A stretch of 63,256 nt of DNA, filler included, from Choristocarpus tenellus KU-1152 (taxonomy: Eukaryota; Protista; Phaeophyceae), in assembly GCA_964200185.2 (NCBI GenBank). It is 13 parts of 13 records of this genome, joined end to end, with 100 filler letters (N's around TTAATTAATTAA, not from the genome) between each part and the next. Parts side by side here need not be neighbours in the genome. Positions count along the whole stretch, not along the records: positions 50,256 to 53,975 come from CAXNAD020018317.1; positions 54,076 to 63,256 come from CAXNAD020003910.1; 11 more parts are not named here. One strand, given 5' to 3'. Of this stretch, positions 51,232 to 63,256 are shown one piece after another; the first letter of the stretch is position 1; each line of letters starts with the position of its first letter. The notes under the pieces are model-generated. The model did no database searches. It was not told where the DNA came from and saw only the letters and a program-made list of their open reading frames with translations. Position numbers and translations under genes: made by a program.

Positions 51232-54156
51232 GAGGTTTAGAGCTAGGTTAGTGTCATTCTGGTAGAGTCCTCCTCTCAATAGATTGGGTTTGATTTAGGA
51301 GGTGCTGTAGATTATTCACTGAGATCCGTGTTGCGAAACGGATAGTCTTGATACATGCATCTTTCATGTATTGATTTCATTCATGTTGCAGACATTTTTT
51401 ATTACTGTATGACTGTGTATTATATGCTCTACTTTCCTCTGTGTTATTTCTGACAGTGATCCAGAGAACATCGAATTTCTATGATCTTAATAATATGTGT
51501 TAATACCTGGTCGCAGCAATTTCAGAGTCTCTGCCTGATGAGGAAATGTTTTACTAAGTCATTTGTATCTCGATTGGCCTTAAATTTTGGTTGTGTGGTT
51601 TAGAGGACACATCTGTCGAATGTTGAATTGTGTGTTGATTGCTGAGGCTGTTAAGGTTTCAAGTATTTTGGAGTTATTGTGCTGTTGTTTTTTCTTCATT
51701 TTTCACATGGGTTAGGGTTAGGGTTACTTTTTGCAGCATGTACTGTTGCATAGTATGCTGGGATTATTGTCCTGGTCTCTTATCGAGGACATTAATGAAT
51801 TTGATGGGCATTGATGCAATACCTTGTGTCCAGGCATAAGTGATGACATTTGAACTGTTCCTTCACTATTAAATGCACAGTTTCGTGAAAGAGAAACAGT
51901 AGCTGGTATAATGTGGTTTCGTTTTAGTCATGTACCAAAGATTAGCCATGGCATGATTTGGAAGCAAGGGCAGAATGTTTTTTTGTTAGATTCTGGTTCA
52001 TGAATGACCAACGTTTTGTTAACTGCGTTGTCTTTTTAGCTCAATTCCATGGTTTTGATCATAATCTGAACTTAGGGAATAAATTTCATAGCCTATATTT
52101 TGTAATGTCAAACACAGTATGACTATAGTAGGATAACTAAGTTGTAAGTACCCTAATTCCTACGACTGTTATTTTATGTTACGTTCTTGGTAACATGAAT
52201 GTGTAACATTTGTGAGTTTGACTGAAAAGATGCCCTCCATGTTGACACCCGGTTGGTGTCAATGATAGTGCCCTAGGAATAGCATTTATTTTGTCATTTA
52301 TGGTGTGGATTGTTAAAACTCCCTCTGGAACCAGGCAATATAATTTTCTTATGGAATGCCATACTGAGACATGATTAGGTAGATAGCCCTGGGCAATCTT
52401 GTGCCCAACAGTGAACCACAAAATATTCGTATGTACAGCTCTACACTATAATCGGTATGATATTTGGGCTATGGTGTGTGCAGTCCTCAGTCTGATATTT
52501 TGTGTATTTCCATACTAGGATACTACTTGGTATTTTTTTTACAGTGAAGAGTACAATATTTCCCTCCATGGATGGGGCAATGATGGAAATGTATCAGTGG
52601 ACATCACTTGGTTACCTGTTGAAGATCAACCCAATGTGTGTATGTGGGCCTCGTAATCGTTTATAACCGTAACACTGTGAACTCCTTTCTCATTTGCCTG
52701 CTACCCTGAACCGGCATGATTCATCCCTTACAACCCTAACCCTACTACTTACGCTGAGAAGTTACTTAATCTAATCCCTCAAAGTATGTATTAGGGTTAG
52801 GGTTTAGTTAGAAAAGATCAGAAATGAACCTGGATCTTGGTTACCACACCTATATACACACTAGTTGAAGTCGTTGGGATATGTAGGGTTAGTGATAGGG
52901 GTCATTGATGACAAATTCGTTCATCACACTTACACGTTCTCCATACCTTTGTGAAAGCGAAGATCTGAAGAAAGTAGGACTCTTAAATACATCAGGCTGT
53001 TGATTTTCCCTAGGTAATCCTAACCCTAACCCAAGGAGATCTAGAAGATGGGATGGATACTGTGGGTAAGAAACAGTCAGACCCCAGTGTTGTACTACTA
53101 GATATGTCTAGGTGTAGCTTGAGGGTATGCATGCTGCCAAGACCCCTTGTCAACTTTGGGTGAGTAAGTGGGTATCGGCTTTGCACTACATTGTTACAGA
53201 CCTGAGGTAGGGGTAGGGTTAGGGTTAGGGCCTCAGTTAAAGTAGAAGCGCACTGTAGAGTTGTGCGGTGGTGGTTAATGTAATATTTATATTTATTTAC
53301 ATTTTTGGGGGGGTTGATGGGAAACAGGAGTATGTAATTGGGTGATATGCAGTAAAGCAGTAGTTTGAGGTTAGGGTTAGGGTTATCTGTAGAGTTGAAG
53401 TGATGGTATTGTTACACACATTTCTCACTCTCAGTGTAGGTACTGTAAACTGTGTACCATGGACATTCTACCACATGTGGACTCTCCCCTTACAAGGATC
53501 ACAGTGTACACTTGACGTTATGCTCTACAATAATGGGGTTGGGTGGTGATTGGCCAAGCTCAAGATATAATATAACATGAAACCTTAGCCCTAGACTCCA
53601 ATGTCAACACTAGCGCTCTATGTATTTTATATTTCTCTTTCTGACGTTTCCAATTTCTTGTGTCAGTACTATACACCTCAGCAAGAGAAGATGATGGTTC
53701 TACCTAGGTATGAGACTATCCTGCTGAGGCACCCACTTGTCCTAGTTCTGATACTGGGGGGACGGCCACCGACATCACAGATAGCCAACAGGCACGAACA
53801 ACAACTCAGCAATCTCATTCGCCTCACACAGGTTGTGCATGTCAAACCCTAGCCTTGTCTAAGATGGTGTGGGTTTTGTAGGGGGGGGGGGGGGGGGGGG
53901 GGGGGAGGAAAAAATGGGTGGGGGGGGGGGGAGTGGGAATGTATATTTTTTTTTTTTAAAATCTTCGACCAACCCNNNNNNNNNNNNNNNNNNNNNNNNN
54001 NNNNNNNNNNNNNNNNNNNTTAATTAATTAANNNNNNNNNNNNNNNNNNNNNNNNNNNNNNNNNNNNNNNNNNNNAAAAAAAAAAAAACAGCCCTGGAAC
54101 AACCTAACAAGTATATCTCTTGTACTTCATCGTGACTGCGCAACCAACACACATAA

Positions 54157-54412
54157 GAGTGAAAGTATCTTAGAGGGTACGAGTTTTGCCCTGTGTGTCC
54201 ATTTGGGGCTTGGCTTTCCTCGGGGTTTTTATGACTTTTCGTATTCCAAAATATTTTGGAGTAGGTAAAATGTTTATGTCATGAAAAGGTGTGTCCGGAA
54301 CAAGGATATTGACGTTTCTAATAAACACGATAGCCAAGATTACATCGGAATCACAACATTGGATTTTCGTCCCCAAATGGACGCGGCTCTACCCTCTAAG
54401 ATACTTTGACTC
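54157..54412 (+). mobile_element. MITE family A copy 5
   Basis: Near-perfect TIRs; TSD TAA. Confidence 0.92.
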
Positions 54413-54549
54413 TAAACCAATAAACCTGTTTGAGCAGACTCAACATCCGACACATGCAAACGTCCAAACTCCTCCCCCAATCAAAACCCGATTATTAAAT
54501 GGTGGAATATATCCCCATTGTACTTGCGTATGCAAGGACAGAAATGAAC

Positions 54550-54920
54550 CTAACCAACAGTCTTCTTCTTTTAGCTGACATTTCAAATCCGACACGTGCG
54601 ACCAAATCACACCAAAACGGGAAGTCGAAAAAGAGTGAAACGGACGCCGGCACCCCCCTTAAGATACTTTAACCCTCAAAGCATTTAAGAGGGTAGCGTC
54701 ACATCCGTTTGGGGTCCAAAATCCAATGTTGTGATTTTGATTAATTTGGTTATCGTGTTTGTTAGCAAGTTTCAACATCCTTGCTCCGGATACACGCTTC
54801 ATAGTCGCATACATTTTAGGCAACTGCTTTCAAGCAAAAAACTGAGACAGGCAGAAAAAAAACGCGGGAAGTCAAGCCCTAAACGGACAAACAGAGCAAA
54901 ACTAATATCCTCTTAATTGC
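54550..54920. mobile_element. Sister MITE A3 right half abutting a degenerate reverse family A copy (copy 6)
   Basis: GACATTTCAAATCCGACACGT...TAAGATACTTTAACCC, then a diverged reverse family A body at ~54676-54920. Confidence 0.7.
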
Positions 54921-56816
54921 TTTGGGTCTCAATGCATGATGCAATGTCGCTGAAACGTTAGGCAGGTGTTTTGGCGGAAAGCAGCAGCATATATCATGAC
55001 CAGAACCATGGTCAGAAAGACAATGAAAAAAGAGAGCAGTGAACAACCTGAATATGTGTGGGTGTATCTGACAAAAACCAGAGTTAGAAGATGCAACAAA
55101 AAGGATGCAAAAATACGCAGAAAGAAAAGGGGAAGTTGTGATCACCACCTTTACTCCACATACCTGTATTATTGCCGGTTTGACTCTTGTGCATTCAAAC
55201 GCCATGTGGTAACTATCGTCAGACACCCCTCCCCTCCCTTCTACCGATAGTCCAATATTTTTTTCAAAACAGTATGAAGAGGATGGTTGGACCAGAGTAA
55301 GATTCGTTTCATTTCATGTTCTCTAACAGGAACTTAACCTGCTATGCCACCATTGGTTTAGAATTCTCAGTAAGTCACTTTCAAGGTCAAGGACACAGGT
55401 CCCACAGTTGCACATGTACATGCAACTAAATCATTTGCTTTTGCACAGGCAAGCATAACCCCCCCAGCACAGCCCACCCCTGCTTCCTACGCACATCCCC
55501 CTCCAGTAGCTTTCCTCCTGGTGTTGCTTGGGAAACGTGACTGCTAGCTGGGGGGGCTTCTCTTTTCCCTCCTAACACAGCCCACAGCCCACACAGTCCC
55601 CCTTTGTGCCTCTCCTCCTAGTACTGTGGCTAGTAACTTCTCCTTCTCTTCTATTCCCCCAGCACATCTCCCTTGGGTTACCCCAAGCACACACAAATGA
55701 TTTCCTTTCCTCCACCAGCTGCTGGAGTATTGGCTACTAACTGGTGGAGCTTCACCCGAGCACAATCTTCCCCTGCCTCTTCCATCCTGGTGCTGTTGGA
55801 GCACCGTGGGCGCTAGTTTGTGGAGCTGCTCCTCCTCATTCCCACCCCGCACATTCCACACAACCCCTTACCTCCTGAAGTGCTGGAGGACAGTGGCTAC
55901 AAACTGACAGAGCCTTCCCTCCTCTTTCTCCCCCAGCACAGCTCTGTGAATCTGAGAGGCCTGCAGTGCCCAATCCTAGTCGTGAAGGTCGACAGTAGCC
56001 CATTACGGCTATTGCATGTGAGACACAGGAGTACTCAACAGGATTATCGGTCAAGAGTATTGTCACAACACACAGCATGTTTGTCTGAGTGTGAGTAGTT
56101 CTGTAGACGAGTGGAACACGTAACAAACAGAAAAGGAAAGATTGCGAGGTGTGAAGTGTTGAAATATTCCACACTGGACCCGCAGCTGTGTGCCTTGATA
56201 GAGGACAATAAATGGCTTGATGTAGATATATTATATTAATATTACAAGAGGCTTATGGCCTCAATTCCACTGACTGAACTTGTGGGGTGAGACAGAGGTA
56301 CATATTAACATTACTATTCCTATTATGGGGGTTTGCAATCGTCCACACTAATTTACTTGTCTTCCATATAGCAACTGTATGTTGAACATGACACAAATCT
56401 GGACACCAGTGAGTCAATACATACAGCATATTTATCATTGACTCCCCATCCTACTATCTAATCCAGTAGTGGTGTCTATAGTGTATCAGCAGCACTGTCC
56501 ATGAACATGACGTGCAGGGATATCCACAAAGGAGGATGCTTCATAGAACACTCAGGAGAAAAGAGAAGATCCCTTCTACACATGTTAATCTGAGCAACAG
56601 CTACGAACACAGCAGCACAATTGAACCACCGCCAACACCCCCATTTTGTTCCCTCTGGTTGCATTGATCAGAACGTGGACCCCCCAGGTCCCAACAACGA
56701 TTTCCACGCATTGAAACGTGCGATGAGGGAAGTCCTTATACCACAGAACGCCCATATATATCTTGAATGAAACCTTCACGGTGTTCATTTCGAGAGGCAA
56801 GAAGTAGGTAGCAAAA

Positions 56817-57074
56817 GAGCCGAAGTATCTTAGAAGGTAGAGCCGCATCCATTTGGAGGAAAAATTCCAATGTTGCGATTTTGATGTAATTTTGGCCCTC
56901 GTGTTTGTTAGGAAATGTCAATATCCTTGTTCCGGACACACCTTTTCATAACGTACACATTTTACCTACTCAGAAACAATTTGGAATAGGAAAATGTCAT
57001 AAAAAAGCCCATGGGAAGCCAAGCCCAAACGGACAATCAGGGCAAAACTCGTACCCTCTAAGATACTTTCACTC
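56817..57074 (-). mobile_element. MITE family A copy 7
   Basis: Reverse family A body; TSD AAA. Confidence 0.9.
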
Positions 57075-57220
57075 AAAACTAATTTTTGTCAAGACGATTG
57101 CCTTACGGCACTTCTCATAATAATTACACCAACTGACTGCTGTTCCAGGACAACAAATTTTATTGCCTCCATTAAGTACCTTGCTTATCACGGGTTGGGT
57201 TCAGCGGCCCCACCGCTCGT

Positions 57221-57849
57221 CACTCCACCACCTGCCTCGAATCTTGTGCTGGATTCACCTTGGGGTCGTTCAGTGTGCTGAGCATGTGTTTAGGACTCAT
57301 TAAGATTCTTCTTGTTACTATTTTTGTTGTCCGCTTCGGCATATGGCACACATCACTTCCATAAATTCCATACATACTAGCTCCTCTTCTTGTTTTTCAG
57401 TGTATGGCGCACCTGCCAATATATGCCTACTTTCGCGCATGAAGGGCCAAGAAGGCATGTCTTACGCATTTACTCCAGAGCAGCAACTCTCCATCACCGT
57501 GCAACCTAACACACGCCATACATCTCTTACCTCCAGGGTTTCTTCCTTGAGTTGTACTACCTGTCGTATTTCGAACTTATCTATTCGTTCGAGGGTATTT
57601 CTTTTCTGTGCAAAACGTATGGTGAATGCATATACTATTTCTGTTTTACCTGAGAATGAGGATCCTTTCTCTTTATCAACCTGGTGTGCTTGGGGTTGGG
57701 CATTGCACCACGATTCCATTTATTTGTTGTCGTTTTGTTCAGCACACTGTACACATCATTTCCGATTAGTAAGTGTTACTCGTTGTCTTCATTTATGTCA
57801 CACCTGCAAAAAAATGCCCAATTTCCCATCGAGGGTGGAGGCAGCAGAT
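57221..57849 (-). CDS. Possible 3' exons of an unknown gene
   Basis: Phase-compatible segments, e.g. cag|KRNTLERIDKFEIRQVVQLKEETLE|gtaaga then cag|VRHTLK...QVVE*. Some implied introns are unusually short. Confidence 0.25.
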
Positions 57850-60019
57850 CTGAAGTGTATACTCAACAACTCAACTAGTCCCTACCACTGCGCACCCTCC
57901 CCCATCAAGCGTATCTACTCCTATAGTGTATCCTACGTGTATTACCTTGTGCTGTAGCGCTTGTATCATACACAAAGGATCATGTGTGCTACGTCTGAGA
58001 GTGGAGACCATCTCTTATAGTTTTTCAAGTTCTTGCTCTTGGGGCTAGGTAATTGAGCAAGACGTCCCTACGCCTCCTTCTCTTGCTCTTGTTTCTTTGA
58101 CCTATTGTTCCTAGTATGACCAAATATTGCACATATCATTCATTGTGTGAACAATATTCTGTAGTTACAATCGTATTTGCAATATCTTCAGCTTCTAGTT
58201 GTTAATTACGTTGCCATGCTCGTGTTCCTTGGTAAGGGCGATTGCATACATCATTCCCTCTCCATTACCATCGATATGTTACACCAAGTTTGTTGTTGTG
58301 TGCAAGTGCCAAGAGTAACCATAACATTCGTGCATCTGTAAGCCGCACTTCCTTATCTCCCTCCAGTGAGTGGATATCTCTGCAACGAAGCCAAGCAATT
58401 AAAATTCTCCTTCCATACACATATTCAAATTCGAACCATTCCGTATATATACTTGACTGCCTTTGCTACTGTTTACTTGGCAATGTGAAGTCCAATGGGG
58501 AGAGACTTAGCATAAGTTTTATTCCACTCCACATGAAGTATATTTATCACACCCTGCTGAGCAAGTATGCGAAGCTTTGCAGAATAGAAACAACGACAAA
58601 TTGGGTGATCCTTCTATTAATGGCACAGGGTGAGCCAATCTTGAGAAGATGACTTTGGCCCTTTTGAACCCTATGCAATTTACACCATTCTCATGCCCGA
58701 AATGAATCTAACCCCCTGCAGTAGGTTGCCATTGTAGAAGAGAAGATTAGTTATGAGCACATCATTAGCAAAAAGGATCCTGCACAGTGGTCGAAAATAT
58801 CCTCCAGAAGGTAGCCAAGAGAACCCTTATAAACTCAACGACACCCCCGTCTTACATCTTATCCCTCACAAGGTTCGACTATCATTGTACATATTTCCAC
58901 CAAACAAGTACTTCGAACTACTTGAATAATGCAGGCAGGGAGCAATGTGATATGGAAAAAAATCTCAGATAATTTGAGTAGACTGCCATGGCTGTATGTG
59001 AATCATATCCAAAAGGCAACCCTCCTCACTATACATCACAACTGGAGCTCTTATTGTCTATATTATGGAATTTTCTGCTACATGGTACAGAAAATAACTA
59101 ATTCAACACAAAAACGATATCCTTTTCTACTACTCTGGGAGGATGGTGATCCCCCCCAAAAAAACACAATTTGCAACAAAAGCCCAACAACTCTTGGAAT
59201 AGTTAACCAACCATGCACACTACTGTATCTTAACCCGATAAAATGTTAGTCCACCATTCAACAAGTAAACACCCTACCCACCAACATATTTGGGGTGGGA
59301 TCACCCCCTTGCGACAGAGAATCCTTTAGGTTGCTGCCATCAACCCAACTTTTCCATTGCTCGCCCAAATATACTTCAGAGTGCACAGGAAGACTGGGTT
59401 ACAAGTGTGTATACCATAGAAACATAATCCTCCAAAAATGGTCAGCACGTCATTGAGACTAACATAGCAACCCAAATCGCAATAAGCACTCGAATATTAA
59501 GAATTGAAAAAAACACACAATAGGAGGAGAGGGATTGCATAGCACCTGTACAACAATACAATACACACACCTCTTGCCTCAAGGCATATTCCAATACTAT
59601 TTGAAACTGAATATAGTTCACCTCCTGCAGACCTATCTTCATAGTGCTTGCCATTGATGATAATACAGGCATCTTTCCCCAACACGAGAGCACAACTTAA
59701 GACAAAAGACAATGTATCCTTCTCCTGACTCTCCATTCCAGCTGAGGTGGGAGGAGGGAGAACTATCCGAAGATTAAAAAGCTCAAACTGAATACTTAGC
59801 TGTATATTTTACGTTGAATAATCATTACCAATTCTCTATATTCACATTTTTTATGGCAAGACGGAGGGGGACCCTTGAATTTGCCGTCCAAAATGTTGTC
59901 TCTCTTTGGAGAAAAACGTTGAAGGGAAAACACGCCCTCACCATATCCCCACATTTCAAAGTCCTGATCTTCACAACAAAATATTGGTGTTTACCCTTCA
60001 ACACCCACACCCAGCTCTC

Positions 60020-61950
60020 TCAAATTAGACCAGGAGCCACTGGAGTCCCCAATCGATCTCTTTGCAGTCCGTTGAATGGTGATACACCTCCCCTCTGACC
60101 ACTATCTTCCAGCTCACGCAGTAGCCTTTGTGCTGCTGCTTCCAGGCGGCATATGAAATTGACTGGGGAGGAAGCACACAAACTGTTGACCAGCAGTGCC
60201 CCCGCACGTGTCTCTGCTGCCCCACCAGGGTTTACATGTGTCACCTTAGACCATCAATTGCAAGTGGAGAAAGGGTTGAGTTTAAGATATGAGTGGGATG
60301 GGACATAATAGGGACTATGGGGATGGCTACATGAACGAGAGTGGAATGACAAGCTAGGGGTGTCGACAGTGTTGAAAAATATATGCACTCAAATTACTCT
60401 ATCACAGGAGGAGAAGGTTGTGTTCATTTATGTCACTTCCATGTATCACTTGAGTTTCTACTTCAGTGTGAGAAATGTTGAATGGCCTAGATTCCTTCAC
60501 AAGAAAGGTAAGTCTCTCGTCACAGAGTGACAGGACATGACTTTGTGCAAAGGAACTTGAAAGCACATGCTGCTATCATGCCTTGCACACAATGGGCGTA
60601 TTAAAATATGATCACCCACCCCTTACCATCAGAAATTCGGTCTTAGTTGGGTCTCCAGGAACTGGTCGCATGAAGTTGCCTGCAAGAAGGACCTCGCTTC
60701 TAACATATTTGCTCGTCCTCGGCGCCCGAGCATGTTCCACAGGGCAGCTTACCTGGGCCATTGTGCCATCGCTGAGAGTTCGAAAGTGCACCATGGTGCA
60801 AAAGTCTCGTGCCTGTGGGTGGATGTGTGGGGAAACAATAAGTTGTTTGGGTGAGCTCGAGTCCCTCAAACACCACAACACTGGGCAGGCCAAGGGAAAA
60901 CGGTTGAGGTGAGCAGTTTAGAAGAGCTAAGTTCATAGGTCATCGATACATAACACGCACCTTGAATGGACCCATACGGCCACTCGCTGCCCAAGTTATT
61001 TTGGTATCAGCATCCAGGGTTTCTAGGTCCGCCACCTCCTTACAGTGCTCATTGTATTCCCCTACGTAGGAGTTGTCCGCGAAAAGGCGGTATACTATAT
61101 CTGCCGGCACGTCCAGCACCGCAGTTGCTCTTACACATGCAAATTGGGGGGACGAAGACACTGAACTTCTCTGTCCATCTGAACACGAGCCATCAGTACC
61201 AGAGCTGGATGTAAGGGGGGTACCGGAGGCTTCACCGAAGGATATATATTTTCGGTGGACAACCACTCCATTCGTTGTTGCGACATGCTCCCATCCATCC
61301 TTTCGCACAACGTCCACTACATTTTGTAGTGCCTTGTTCGTGACCTTCTCCAAGTCCATCCCCTTGTACTGCCCAACCCCTGCCTCCATGCACTTCCCTC
61401 CAAACCGTCGAATCTTCAATGTCGAGAAGGCGTTCTCCGTGCACCGTCCCACTTCCATTGAAAGTCCGCTCAGAACGGAGCGTGCAACTAATGCTCCCTG
61501 TCCAGTCCACTTGCTCAAGCCTACCCTAGTACCTCGAACAACTTGCACGACCTCCTCACTTCTAGAACTCCCCCAACTTGCCACGGCCTTCATGCCTGAA
61601 CCCAGTTGTTCGAGGGGATGTTGACTAACTTTACTCCGAACGATAGCTTCAGATGACAAGTATCGTGCATTCATCTCACACGGCACTTCTCCATCTCGGT
61701 ATTTAGTGAAGGACCCACTCTCTTCCCAACCCCGACCAGTCTTGTGAGTGACGTCAAAATTCCCTGCATGCCGGTACAGACACCCAAACTCAGACCTGTC
61801 TACAGTACGTCCACTTGATACCGCTAAAACAGCGGCTGGCAACGCAGTCCCACTTTCCCCATAGGGTTGACCATGGAATCCCTCACCCACTTCACACTCT
61901 ATGCCTAAGCACAGTAACACTACCACAAAAGCGTGAACAGCAATATACAT
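60020..61950 (-). CDS. START/SRPBCC lipid-binding domain protein
   Basis: Large exon ending 60961 (...DGWEHVATTNGVVVHRK...FACVRATAVLDVPADIVYRLF...EYN...GPFK), then 60812-60627 (ARDFCTMV...YVRSEVLLAG...) and 60244-60020 (VTHVNPGG...*). 5' boundary uncertain (ATG 61950 or an acceptor near 61899/61905). Confidence 0.88.
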
Positions 61951-62339
61951 TATCCCCCTAGTAAATGATATAAACCGTCCCCTATGTACTAAGATATCAA
62001 AAATCCACAGAGTTGGGGGGGAGGGTGGCCAGGGCTTAGCAGTTGACCACTCCCTCCCTTTGTTGGGTACCAAAGTGTACAACGTACAGGCATAGACCAA
62101 ACATAATGGACCAAACAACTTTCAAAGCATGCAAAAAAGAGTATGTATCATGTATGTATGTATGTAGTATGTATGTATGTACTATGTATGTAGGTCACCA
62201 CCTGATTTTCGATTTTTCAGTTTGTAATATGGTTCTAAGTGATAATAGTGGTGATGACGTTCCCATAAAAAGATCAAATGGAAGAATTCTAAGACATGAT
62301 AAAAAAAAGTCATCAATAATCTGACATCACTATGTGATG

Positions 62340-62800
62340 ACGTCATGGGATATGATATTTCATTATCGAATGTTGTTGGTATGTGAGTGACCAGTCGATG
62401 GCGACCCACATACTTTACTGAGTTCGAGCCCCTTCGACAGCATACTTCTTTTCGCTCAAATCTGTTCTATATTTACCACCAATAACAACACCTTTCAGAA
62501 AAATATAGAGATGACGTAGTTATAACCTCAACACCTTCTCGGTGAAAGTCTTGGGCGCCTTGGCAAGCAAGCGGAATGCTTCCTGGATGAGCTGGCTATA
62601 CACAATGGTGGGGGGGAGAGGAACTGGAGGATATAGGAGGAAAGGAACGGTTTAAATCCTGGCTACGCCAAATTGTTTCCGTAACTACGCAAGTGGCACT
62701 GTCTGAACGTGCCATACGTTTTAAGCTGGAGTCACCAGGGAGATGGGCACGGAGGGGTTTGTTGGATTCTTGGGATACCTTCCTAGCTCCTCACCCTGGG
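62340..62800 (+). mobile_element. Degenerate 3' end of a non-LTR retrotransposon (restriction-like endonuclease region)
   Basis: Frameshifted ESLGRLGKQAECFLDELA...GGRG...RKG...WLRQIVSVTTQVALSERAIRFKL, like RLE-type LINE tails in brown algae. Confidence 0.7.
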
Positions 62801-63256
62801 GTACAGGAATACGTAGATTGGAGGCACAGGAAGGCATGGTACAACATAGATAGTTAAATAACAAATAGACAAGTGTTTTTCACATTTGTGACATACTTTA
62901 TTACTCCACGGCTTATACTGACATACGAATAGATTTCATTCGTTTCCCCCCTGACACATCTATAAAATGTCAGAGGGCACAATAATATAATATAGAGATG
63001 ACGAGAGATGTAGTGGTTTCCACGCATTGTCTTATAGTATTCTTATGTTGAGGACATTTTATATACACATTGTATATAGTTTTCATTGTTTTTTGTTTGT
63101 TGTTTGTTTTTCATGGTTTCCCCTGACACATCTGCAAAATGTCAGAGGGCATAATAATATATATATAGATGACTGTACTCATTATTAGAAAAAATCAGCC
63201 ATAATGATGGGTATTCTTGATCTAACTCTAACTTCCCATAAAACAAACTACAGCGG

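Noticed and set aside
4245-54075. Regular TTAATTAATTAA palindromes, and operon-like neighbourhoods across gaps
   Set aside because: These are artificial concatenation spacers; RPS4, eIF1A, RhaT and ADSL do not continue across them.

Overview
Eukaryotic, intron-rich DNA made of 13 short contigs. They are joined by twelve artificial 100-nt spacers (N44-TTAATTAATTAA-N44), so neighbours across spacers should be treated as unlinked. A brown alga (Phaeophyceae) is inferred from a ROCO LRR-GTPase C-terminus and a LINE tail resembling Ectocarpus sequences, plus TTAGGG repeats and long GT-AG introns. Partial spliced genes assembled by hand: TM9SF/EMP70, a CTFxP-repeat protein, RPS4 and eIF1A (head to head), a bacterial-type RhaT sugar/H+ symporter, a cold-shock-domain-like exon, a class I SAM methyltransferase, adenylosuccinate lyase (GC-AG intron), a ROCO GTPase and a START-domain protein. 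Repeats: a ~260-bp MITE family with 3-bp TSDs, sister MITEs at many contig ends, two other dispersed families, and copia and LINE relics. Best leads are TTAGGG units inserted inside MITE TIRs (possible telomerase-templated repair), a 27-bp pre-miRNA-like hairpin, the intron-containing RhaT and a pseudoknot-like structured island. Most ORFs in the supplied track are spurious. All family calls come from motif recognition by eye; no database search was run, and no clearly new multi-gene system was demonstrated.
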